Source: an uncultured bacterium
GTDB taxonomy: Bacteria; Desulfobacterota; DSM-4660; Desulfatiglandales; JALVMZ01
Direction: 5' to 3'
Length of the DNA: 64,000 bases
Assembly: GCA_965613025.1 (NCBI GenBank)
Contig: CBFDUE010000004.1
Location: 11,411-75,410 of the forward strand
How positions within the stretch are numbered: the stretch's first letter is position 1; every line of letters begins with the position of its first letter. This document shows, piece after piece, positions 9,283-17,515 of this stretch. The notes under the pieces are model-generated. The model did not search any database. It saw nothing but the letters and a program-made list of their open reading frames with translations, and was not told the origin of the DNA. The position numbers and the translations under genes were made by a program.

Positions 9283-10179
9283 ATGAATAGAAGATCTTTT
9301 ATATTATGTATCTTGGTCTTTATCTGCATAATTGGGTGTAACCGGATAAGAAAGATCCCTGAACCCGTGCTCAGTCACTTTAGGGCAAAGAAGACCATCT
9401 TAAAAAAAGAGATCCTATATTTTCCCATTATAAATAGTGCAAAGCTCAGTGAAGACCTTATCCGGGAATTAGATACGCTCTTTATGGATAGGCTTTTAAA
9501 GGATAGAAGACTTATAGTTCGAAAGGAGATGCGTTATAGACCAACACTTGCAAAGACCCTTCTTCCCTACTATGGGATCAGCATAGATCAGGATCTACTA
9601 AAGAAGGGTAAGGCTCAAGGTGCACAGATAATACTTACTGCTATTATTCCCCCCTTTCAAAAGGAGATTAAAAAGAGAGGGATATGGCCTTTTAGAAAGG
9701 AAAGGCAGGAGCTAAAGATATTTATGGTCTTAAATATGATTGATGTATTTACAGGGACCTATATCGCATCCAGTGTGGAAGAGGAGACACTATATCTTGA
9801 AAATGATGAGGAATCTCAGATGGCACTCAGTGATGAAAGGATCTTAAAGACCTTTAAGAGATTAACAAAAAGGCACATCAATACCCTTCTTAAGACCCTA
9901 TCTGAGATTCCCTGGCAAGGCAGAATAATAAAGGTAGATGATGGAAACATATTCATTAATGGTGGCTCATTGGTGGGGCATAAAAGGGGGATGATATTTG
10001 AGGTATATCCCATTAGTGACTATATACTTTCCTCAGAAGGAAGGCCCATACCGGTCTTGGGAGATAAATTGGGTGAGATAGAGATAAAGGAGACAAGAAA
10101 GATAAGTTCTATCTGCATATCCCTAAATAATAAAACAAAATATAGTGTGGGTCAGATTGTCCGCCTCAAAAGAGAATAA
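9283..10179 (+). CDS. hypothetical lipoprotein
   Basis: Signal peptide with lipobox (LVFICIIGC). No recognisable catalytic motif. The start is 1 nt after the acyP stop. Confidence 0.6.
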   Translation: MNRRSFILCILVFICIIGCNRIRKIPEPVLSHFRAKKTILKKEILYFPIINSAKLSEDLIRELDTLFMDRLLKDRRLIVRKEMRYRPTLAKTLLPYYGISIDQDLLKKGKAQGAQIILTAIIPPFQKEIKKRGIWPFRKERQELKIFMVLNMIDVFTGTYIASSVEEETLYLENDEESQMALSDERILKTFKRLTKRHINTLLKTLSEIPWQGRIIKVDDGNIFINGGSLVGHKRGMIFEVYPISDYILSSEGRPIPVLGDKLGEIEIKETRKISSICISLNNKTKYSVGQIVRLKRE

Positions 10180-10193
10180 TTAAAAGTAATTTA

Positions 10194-11864
10194 TTAAAAT
10201 TTTCGTAACATCTCCCTTGCATGTTCTATAGCCTTTTTTGTTATCTTTTTACCTCCAAGCATTCTGGCTATCTCTCTTATACGCTCCTCTTTATTGAGTT
10301 TGAGGATCTGTGTCTCTGTCCTCTTACCCTTTATCCCCTTTCTTACAAGGAGATGGATATCCCCTTTACTTGCTATCTGTGGAAGGTGGGTTATACATAT
10401 CACCTGATAGGATGAAGATAGTGCTCTGAGCTTTTCACCCACAACCTCTGCAGTTGCTCCCCCGATGCCAGAGTCCACCTCATCAAATATAAGCGTCTCA
10501 CTGCTCTCCTTCTCAGATAGGATACTTCTTATAGCAAGCATAATGCGAGAGAGTTCTCCACCTGAGGCGATCTTTGAAAGGGGTTTGAGATCCTCTCCTA
10601 TGTTGGTTGAGATAAAAAATTCCACCCTATCATATCCAGAATCGGTTAATTTAGGTTCTCCTTCATTCTCGTTAAAGAAACGAACTTCAAAGCTCGTTCC
10701 CTTCATATCCAGTTGGTTCAGCTCCTTTTCAATAGCACACTTCAAAGATTCTGCCACCTTATGTCTCTTACTGGAGAGGAGGTGTGCCATATCCCATAGC
10801 CTTTCCTCCATATCTGAATATCTCTTCTTTAAATCTTCTAATCTAAGAACCTTTTCCTCAATCCCTGAAAGCCTCTCTTCAAGTCTCCTTTTGGTCTTTA
10901 GGATCTCTTCAATGGTAGATCCATATTTTCTCTTAAGTCTATTGATCACAGACCTTCTCTCCTCTAAACCCATAAGCCTTTCAGGGTCTAAGGAGAGGTT
11001 CATCTTTCTTCTTCCCACCTCCAATGCCACATCCTCTGCATTTACTTTTGCGATTTCAAGCTGATCCACCATCTCCTTAAAGACGCTATCAAACTCCTTT
11101 AAGTCTTCCATCTCACCAATAACACTATGTAACTTAGAGATAACCGAATCCTTTCCTTCATAAAGTTCCTCATAGGCATTGTTTAGAACCTCTGCAATCC
11201 TTTTGGCATTCTGAAAGATCTTAAATTCCCTCTCAAGCTCTTCATCTTCTCCTTCTTTAAGCCCGGCAGAGTCTATCTCTCTGAGTTGAAATCGGATAAG
11301 CTCTTCCATCTTTTGATCCTCTTCAAGCTCCATCTTTAATGTGTGGATCTCCTGCTCCAATCTTTTAAAATCTTCAAATACCTTTCTATATCTTTCTCTT
11401 TCTTCCAGGAGCCCTCCAAACTGATCCAGAAGTTTTAGATGGTTTTCTGCTTTCAATAGCTCCTGATGTTCATTTTGCCCGCTTACACTTATAAGCATGC
11501 GAGCGAGATTTGAAAGTATCTGAACTGTGGCAAGCATCCCGTTTATTAAGACCCTATTTTTACCACCCCTCTGAATCCTTCTTATTATAAGGAGCTCCTC
11601 CTCTACAGGATATCCCAGCTCTTTGAGATACTCTGCCACCTTAGAACTCTTGGGAATGGAAAACAGGGCCTCTACCCTCGCCTCCTGTGAACCTGAGCGT
11701 ATCATCTCTGAAGATGATCTGATTCCCCTAATCAGATTTACCGCATCTATGAGTATGGATTTACCTGCACCTGTCTGGCCGCTTATGATATTTAGACCAG
11801 GAGCGAATCTTACCTCCAGCCTGTTTATGATTGCAAGCTCAGATATGTTAAGTTGAAGAAGCAT
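10194..11864 (-). CDS. recN: DNA repair protein RecN
   Basis: 556 aa SMC-like protein with N-terminal Walker A (GQTGAGKSILIDA), long coiled coil and C-terminal signature and Walker B (ASGGELSRIMLA, LIFDEVDSGIGG). Confidence 0.9.
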   Translation of the reverse strand: MLLQLNISELAIINRLEVRFAPGLNIISGQTGAGKSILIDAVNLIRGIRSSSEMIRSGSQEARVEALFSIPKSSKVAEYLKELGYPVEEELLIIRRIQRGGKNRVLINGMLATVQILSNLARMLISVSGQNEHQELLKAENHLKLLDQFGGLLEERERYRKVFEDFKRLEQEIHTLKMELEEDQKMEELIRFQLREIDSAGLKEGEDEELEREFKIFQNAKRIAEVLNNAYEELYEGKDSVISKLHSVIGEMEDLKEFDSVFKEMVDQLEIAKVNAEDVALEVGRRKMNLSLDPERLMGLEERRSVINRLKRKYGSTIEEILKTKRRLEERLSGIEEKVLRLEDLKKRYSDMEERLWDMAHLLSSKRHKVAESLKCAIEKELNQLDMKGTSFEVRFFNENEGEPKLTDSGYDRVEFFISTNIGEDLKPLSKIASGGELSRIMLAIRSILSEKESSETLIFDEVDSGIGGATAEVVGEKLRALSSSYQVICITHLPQIASKGDIHLLVRKGIKGKRTETQILKLNKEERIREIARMLGGKKITKKAIEHAREMLRKF

Positions 11865-13693
11865 CAGCTCTCCACTTCATGAATCTCTTCCCATGTTACC
11901 CTTAACACCTCTTCGTATGTGGTGATTCCCTCAATTAGTTTTCTTACCGCATTGTCCCTCAGGGTTACCATTCCCTCCTCTATTGCCACCTTTCTTGCAG
12001 AGTCTGTATCAAATTGATCCCTTATCAGTGACCTTATCCTGTCTGTTACGGTCAGGATCTCAAATACTCCACTCCTTCCAAGATAGCCTGTTCCTCTACA
12101 TCTTATACAGCCCTTACCTCTATAAAGGGTTATCTTACCATCCCTTCTTATATCTATTCCAAGCTCCCTTAATTCCTCTGAATCCATAGTGAATCTCTCT
12201 TTACAAAATCTGCAGATCTTTCTTACCAACCGTTGAGCCACCACACCTATAAGTGTTGCCTTGATTAAGAAGGCAGGAAGACCCAGATCCAGAAGCCTTG
12301 TTATGGCAGACACCGCATCATTGGTATGCAGTGTGGAAAAGACCAGATGTCCAGTTAATGCTGCCTGAATAGCGTTTTCAGCGGTTTCCAGATCCCTCAT
12401 CTCTCCTATCATTATAATATCCGGGTCCTGCCTTAGGATATTCCTAAGTATTGAGCCGAAGGTAATTCCCACCGATGGCTGAACCCCGATCTGATTGAAA
12501 TCTTCGTGTACCATCTCAATGGGATCTTCAACAGTGACGATATTAATCTCAGGGGATGAGAGATAGGTAAGGGTGGAATACAGGGTGGTAGACTTTCCAC
12601 TTCCAGTGGGGCCACATACAAGCACTATACCGTGTCTCATGTGAATTATCTGCCTGTATCTAAGGAGATCCATATGCGTAAATCCAAGACTATCCAGATC
12701 CTGAAAAAGTATCTGAGGGTCCAATATCCTCATTACAATCTTTTCTCCAAATGCAACTGGCACAGAAGATACCCTTATCTCCACACTGTCACTGTCTCTT
12801 TGTAGCTTTATTCTACCATCCTGTGGCCTTCTCTTCTCCGTCATATCCATTCTGCTCAGATTTTTTATTCTACTTACAATGGCAGAATGTATGCTCTTTG
12901 GAAGCTCAAATACCTTGTGCAAGACCCCGTCAATACGGAATCTTACAACACTTATATCCCTTTTGGGTTCAATATGTATATCGCTTGCCCTTTGATCCAA
13001 TGCATAGGAAAACAAATGATTAACCGCATTTACAATATGGTGATCATCAGAGCTAATCTCTCCTTTGCTTAGCTGTTCCAGATTTCCAAGATCCACAGAA
13101 GGAATAGAGAATTGCTGTTCAGCCTTTAAGATGGAGCGTCTAAAACCATAGAATTCATTTATAACCTTCAATATATCCTCTTTACTGCTAAGGACCGGTC
13201 TAACCCTCTGTTGAGTGACCTTAGATATATCTTGAAGGATTTCTATATCGAGGGGATAGGGAGTTGCAACAATCAGGGTGCCGTCTTTTTCTTCAATGGG
13301 AAGGACAAGATTTTTTAATGCAAAGCCTTCTGGGATCTTTCCTGTGACAAGCTCAAGATCCAGTTTAAGTGGATCGATCTTTTTATATCCCACATTCCAG
13401 GCCTTAGAGAGTGCCTGAAGTATGGTCTCTTCATCTAAGATCTTTCCAGGTTCATCAGCCCTTTCAAGCTCCATTGCAGATATAATATCTATTATATCCA
13501 CAGGAGGGCGTATCCTCTTAGACCCTCCTGCTACATATCTTATTCGCTGATACTCCTCAAGCCGCTTCTTCAATCTATCCTTCTTTTTGAATATCTCATC
13601 CCTCTGCCTTACATCAATAAGACCTTCTTTCAATAGAATCCCACAGACCTTCTCTGCGGAAAGATAGTCCCGTTTTATCCTCTTATTATCCAT
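11864..13693 (-). CDS. PilB/GspE-family secretion ATPase (T2SSE_N-like domain + ATPase core with tetracysteine motif)
   Basis: Walker A GPTGSGKSTT, Asp/His boxes (MIGEMRDLETA, TGHLVFSTLHTND), and CRFC...CIRCRGTGYLGR. Start chosen at MDNKR (13693), where TAATG overlaps the upstream stop. The ORF is open to 13726. Its stop overlaps the recN ATG (TGATG). Confidence 0.85.
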   Translation of the reverse strand: MDNKRIKRDYLSAEKVCGILLKEGLIDVRQRDEIFKKKDRLKKRLEEYQRIRYVAGGSKRIRPPVDIIDIISAMELERADEPGKILDEETILQALSKAWNVGYKKIDPLKLDLELVTGKIPEGFALKNLVLPIEEKDGTLIVATPYPLDIEILQDISKVTQQRVRPVLSSKEDILKVINEFYGFRRSILKAEQQFSIPSVDLGNLEQLSKGEISSDDHHIVNAVNHLFSYALDQRASDIHIEPKRDISVVRFRIDGVLHKVFELPKSIHSAIVSRIKNLSRMDMTEKRRPQDGRIKLQRDSDSVEIRVSSVPVAFGEKIVMRILDPQILFQDLDSLGFTHMDLLRYRQIIHMRHGIVLVCGPTGSGKSTTLYSTLTYLSSPEINIVTVEDPIEMVHEDFNQIGVQPSVGITFGSILRNILRQDPDIIMIGEMRDLETAENAIQAALTGHLVFSTLHTNDAVSAITRLLDLGLPAFLIKATLIGVVAQRLVRKICRFCKERFTMDSEELRELGIDIRRDGKITLYRGKGCIRCRGTGYLGRSGVFEILTVTDRIRSLIRDQFDTDSARKVAIEEGMVTLRDNAVRKLIEGITTYEEVLRVTWEEIHEVES

Positions 13694-14475
13694 TAACCCT
13701 TTTTCTCCTTTAATATAAACACCCATCCATTGGTTTCATAATCAAAGATAAGAGATATGGCAGAAATTGTCAGCGTTTTTCCATTAAATACCATCTCCAT
13801 AATCTGTTCATCACCTTGGTGTGTAGTTCTATCTCTTATAAGATCCCTTAATCGATTTATATCAGATCCCTCTGATAATTCCCATATCCTGCGACCTAAA
13901 AGATCTTCAGTGCTTAGATCCAGGATATCAGTGGCCTTAATGTTACAACCTGTTATAATACCATCGCTATCCACAAATATAATACCCATTGGAAGGGAAT
14001 TTATAATGGATTTCATGTATCTTATATGATCCAGAAGCCTTGCAGTTTCCTGCCTGGGCCAGATTTTCCTTGGTTCTATTATCTTGGTCTTTCTCTGCCT
14101 TCCCCCCTGTTCCACCTCCTCTAAGACCTTTTCAATCTCTCTTTTCATATTATTTATGGGGCCTTTTATAATTAGATAATCAACCCCCATATCTTTGGCA
14201 CTTTCCATCTGCTCAAGTAAACATCCACTATATACCACAACCACTATCCCTTTTTCTTTTGCCCATCCCTTCAAAAACTCAATGATCTGCTCCCCATCTG
14301 CATAGGAGATCATATAGTCCATAAAGATAAGATCAAAGTCTTGCCTTCTAACCATCTCAAGTCCCTTTCCCGCCCTGTAAGATCTCCAGACCCTATAGCC
14401 CCTCCCCGTAAGTATCCTCTCTAAGAATTCCACAAAGAGAAAGTCATTATCAATTATGAGTGCCTTTCCTTTCAT
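13693..14475 (-). CDS. response regulator: CheY-like receiver + PAS domain
   Basis: The receiver has an intact acidic pocket and phospho-Asp (IIDND, LIFMDY, VVYSG, IIKGP). The C-terminal part is PAS-like (GIIFVDSDGIITGCN...). Start chosen at MKGKALIID (14475) after GGAGAGAGGGGG. The ORF is open to 14499. Confidence 0.8.
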   Translation of the reverse strand: MKGKALIIDNDFLFVEFLERILTGRGYRVWRSYRAGKGLEMVRRQDFDLIFMDYMISYADGEQIIEFLKGWAKEKGIVVVVYSGCLLEQMESAKDMGVDYLIIKGPINNMKREIEKVLEEVEQGGRQRKTKIIEPRKIWPRQETARLLDHIRYMKSIINSLPMGIIFVDSDGIITGCNIKATDILDLSTEDLLGRRIWELSEGSDINRLRDLIRDRTTHQGDEQIMEMVFNGKTLTISAISLIFDYETNGWVFILKEKKG

Positions 14476-14486
14476 CCCCCTCTCTC

Positions 14487-16847
14487 CTATGTTACACATA
14501 CCCTTCTTACCTCACCCATATCCGTCTCACCACTGAGCACCTTTAAGATACCATCCTGTTTTAGTGTGGTCATTCCCTCCTTAAGTGCAGCATCTCTTAT
14601 AGTCTCTGTCTCTGCCTCTTTTTTAATAAGTTTTTTGATTGTAGCGGTTCCTTCCATGAGTTCATGAATGCCCATTCTGCCTCTATACCCTGTATTCATA
14701 CACTTATCGCATCCCTTAGGCCTATAGAGCACCAGCTCTTTGGAATATGTGATACCGGTATTTTTAAAGAACTCTTTTCCATACTCCATTACTAAGGATT
14801 CAAATTCCTCTTCATCAGGATGGTATGGCTCTCTGCAGTCTTTACAAAGCCGTCGGACCAGTCTCTGTGCCAGCACCCCGAGTAATGAGTCTGCAAAATT
14901 AAGCGGATTTATTCCCATATCCAAGAGCCTTGTGATGGTCTCTGGGGCGCTGTTGGTATGCAATGTGGAAAAGACCAGATGCCCTGTTAAAGATGCCTCC
15001 ACTGCAATGGAAGCAGTCTCTTTATCCCTCATCTCACCTATCATTATAACATCAGGATCTGCCCTGAGAAACGCCCTCATAACTCTTGCAAAATCAAGTC
15101 CAATCTTTGGCTTTACCTCTACCTGCCTCATTCCCTTCTGTGTGATCTCCACAGGATCCTCAGCAGTCCATATCTTTATCTTTGGGGTATTTATATAATC
15201 TAAGCATGCATGAAGTGTGGTGGTCTTCCCTGACCCAGTTGGACCAACCACTAAGACTATTCCATAGGGTTGGGTTATCAGCCTCTTCAGAGTTGAAAGA
15301 TTTCGCTCTGTCATCCCCATATCCTCAAGCTTCATTGCCCCTGCCTTAGCCAATATCCTGAGCACCGCATCTTCATAACCTCCCACTGTAGGGATAGTGG
15401 CCAATCTGAGCTCAAAGGGTGTTATACCCTTTCTTCTGAATTTAATCTTACCATCCTGAGGAAGGCGTCTTTCTGAGATATCAAGCCCTGCCATTATCTT
15501 TAATCTGGAAAGCACAGGTCTTGCCATACTCAATGGAAGGCTGATATATTCCTGACAGACCCCATCTAACCTAAACCTTATAATAGTCCTCTTTTCCTGA
15601 GGAGAGGGTTCAATATGAATGTCTGAGGCCCCCTGTCTAAATGCACTTAACAATATATGATCCACCGCTCTTACCACCTCTCCAGATTCCTCATCCCACT
15701 CCTCCTCTATCTCTTCTTCCTCCTCCTCAACAAGGCTTATCTTAGGAAGATTTGATAGATCTTCAAAGAGCTCCCTTTCTCTTTCCTCTTCCTCTTTCCT
15801 TTCATAGATCAGCTCTATATACCTTTCAATGTCCTCCTTAAGCCCTACATAGAATTTGATCCTATCGGTCTTAAGAAGTGCCCTTATATGATCTATCTTC
15901 ATAGGATCATTGGGATTATCCACCAAGACCTCCACACCATCTTTACTCCATCTCAATGGAACCCAGTGCTCATGAAGCAGAAAGGACTTTTTTATACTTA
16001 CCACAAGCTCTGATGGGAGCAATATATTGGGTTCAAAACCTTTAAATGGGCATCTGTAATAGTGTGAAAGGGATCTGCCTATGTCTTCCTTTTTAATGTG
16101 AAAATGCTCCATAAGGACAGTATCAATACTCTTTCCGCTTCGCTTTGATATATAAAAGGCCTCTTTTAGCTGCTCAGGGCTTATGATATGGTTCTGAATC
16201 AGATAATCATAGCGTGAGCCGGATACTATGCTTATCTTCAATATCTCCATCCTTTTCTTTATATCTGGATCCTGAGGGAATTCTTTGAGCAGCTCTTCGT
16301 AAAGGTTCCTTGCCAAATCTTTACTTCCTCTGCTATCTAAGTATTCGGCAAGCACTAAGAATGCCTCCTTGTATCTGGAGCCCTTTGAATTGATATTCTT
16401 TCTGATTATATCTTTTACCTTTTCAGTTGCCTCTGAAACACTATATCTATGTATCAGGATCTGCATCAGATTGGGAATTATCCAGGATATGGAATATCCC
16501 AAAGAAAGCAACTTTTCATACTCAGAGATAGCCCTATCCAGGAGGCCAAGTTCTTTAAATGCCTCGGCACTTTCTAAGATCTCCGATGGTGTCTGACTGA
16601 GATCAAGAGCTTCATTTATCCTGCGCAGATCTTCTGGTCCAATATCCTTTACATATCTCTTTTTTCCATCTTTAATCTTCTCTTTAAGCTCATCCATCCT
16701 TTTTTGTATCTGCCTTTTCTTTGCCTCTTCAATTGAAAAGGCATCAATTATCTCCTTATAGACACTTAGGGCCTCATCCAAAAGACCCATAGACTCGTAG
16801 GTCTCAGCCTCCCTAAGCCTCTTTTCCATATCACCGCTGCTATTCAT
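14487..16847 (-). CDS. PilB/GspE-family secretion ATPase with N-terminal TPR-repeat region
   Basis: 786 aa. About 200 aa of TPR-like repeats (AETYESMGLLDEALSVYKEI, AEAFKELGLLDRAISEYEKLL, LAEYLDSRGSKDLARNLYEELL). Then a T2SSE_N-like domain, an acidic linker, Walker A GPTGSGKTTT, IMIGEMRDKETA, TGHLVFSTLHTNS and CKDC...CDKCMNTGYRGR. Confidence 0.85.
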   Translation of the reverse strand: MNSSGDMEKRLREAETYESMGLLDEALSVYKEIIDAFSIEEAKKRQIQKRMDELKEKIKDGKKRYVKDIGPEDLRRINEALDLSQTPSEILESAEAFKELGLLDRAISEYEKLLSLGYSISWIIPNLMQILIHRYSVSEATEKVKDIIRKNINSKGSRYKEAFLVLAEYLDSRGSKDLARNLYEELLKEFPQDPDIKKRMEILKISIVSGSRYDYLIQNHIISPEQLKEAFYISKRSGKSIDTVLMEHFHIKKEDIGRSLSHYYRCPFKGFEPNILLPSELVVSIKKSFLLHEHWVPLRWSKDGVEVLVDNPNDPMKIDHIRALLKTDRIKFYVGLKEDIERYIELIYERKEEEERERELFEDLSNLPKISLVEEEEEEIEEEWDEESGEVVRAVDHILLSAFRQGASDIHIEPSPQEKRTIIRFRLDGVCQEYISLPLSMARPVLSRLKIMAGLDISERRLPQDGKIKFRRKGITPFELRLATIPTVGGYEDAVLRILAKAGAMKLEDMGMTERNLSTLKRLITQPYGIVLVVGPTGSGKTTTLHACLDYINTPKIKIWTAEDPVEITQKGMRQVEVKPKIGLDFARVMRAFLRADPDVIMIGEMRDKETASIAVEASLTGHLVFSTLHTNSAPETITRLLDMGINPLNFADSLLGVLAQRLVRRLCKDCREPYHPDEEEFESLVMEYGKEFFKNTGITYSKELVLYRPKGCDKCMNTGYRGRMGIHELMEGTATIKKLIKKEAETETIRDAALKEGMTTLKQDGILKVLSGETDMGEVRRVCVT

Positions 16848-16852
16848 CTTCT

Positions 16853-17461
16853 TTAGATAATACCTCCCTTTCTGAGGGATCTTACCACAAGCTCAATTAT
16901 CTCTTTCATGGTGGGTATGACATTCCTTCCATAAAGAGCACTTGCCTCAAAATAGGGGGCTCTTAACTCATGGTTTAGATCTGCTTCCAGAGAGGCTATA
17001 TCTAAGAGTGGGATTCCCTTCTTTTCCAGATCCCTCTTATTGTATTGAAATACTATTGGTATTCGAAATATGTCCCTCTGTAAGATGGAAAGATTTTCTC
17101 TAAGATCCAAAAGGGATATTATGTTTTTCTCCCTTCTTACCAATATGGAATCTGCAACAAAGACTATACCATCCACTCCCTTCAGTATCAGTCTTCGGGT
17201 CCTCTGGTATGCAGATTGCCCTGGCACACTGAAGAACTTGACCTCTAAGCGATATTTCTTTATAGTTCCCAGATTAAAGAGAAAGTAGTCAAAGAAAAAG
17301 GTCTTCTTCTCTTCCCAATTCACTATTGAAAGCCTGGATCTTATCCTGTCCCTATAGGTATTGTATATATATTCAAGGTTTGTGCTCTTTCCTCCTCTTC
17401 CAGGCCCATAGTATACGATCTTAACTCCAATCTTTCTGTTTTTTTTATCTATCCATGCCAT
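16853..17461 (-). CDS. MglA-family Ras-like small GTPase
   Basis: Gap-free collinearity over the first ~110 residues with my recollection of Myxococcus MglA. Matching segments are KIVYYGPGRGGKSTNLEYIYN, TFFFDY, SVPGQ, LILKGVDGIVFVADS and QYNKRDL. Confidence 0.8.
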   Translation of the reverse strand: MAWIDKKNRKIGVKIVYYGPGRGGKSTNLEYIYNTYRDRIRSRLSIVNWEEKKTFFFDYFLFNLGTIKKYRLEVKFFSVPGQSAYQRTRRLILKGVDGIVFVADSILVRREKNIISLLDLRENLSILQRDIFRIPIVFQYNKRDLEKKGIPLLDIASLEADLNHELRAPYFEASALYGRNVIPTMKEIIELVVRSLRKGGII

Positions 17462-17515
17462 AATTTGGTAAAATCTATTTTATTTGCTTATATTTTGTAT
17501 GTAAAATGATTTATT

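Noticed and set aside
10465-11064. 199-aa plus-strand ORF inside recN
   Set aside because: It is a Ser/Leu-rich antisense shadow of the recN coiled-coil region, with no start context or motif.
12758-12763. TGGCAC as a sigma-54 -24 element (looked for because an NtrC-type activator is encoded at 48961)
   Set aside because: This and the other TGGCAC occurrences I saw lie inside coding regions. They lack a TTGC(A/T) -12 element at the correct 5-nt spacing. No convincing sigma-54 promoter was found by eye.
11864-16847. MshEN-type c-di-GMP-binding motif (RLGxxLLxxGLIxxxxLxxxLxxQ) at the N-termini of the two PilB-like ATPases
   Set aside because: The best candidate is KVCGILLKEGLIDVRQRDEIFKKK in the 609-aa protein. 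It keeps only the central LLxxGLI part and lacks RLG and the trailing Leu/Gln positions. The TPR-fused ATPase gives no alignment. This is not enough to claim c-di-GMP binding.
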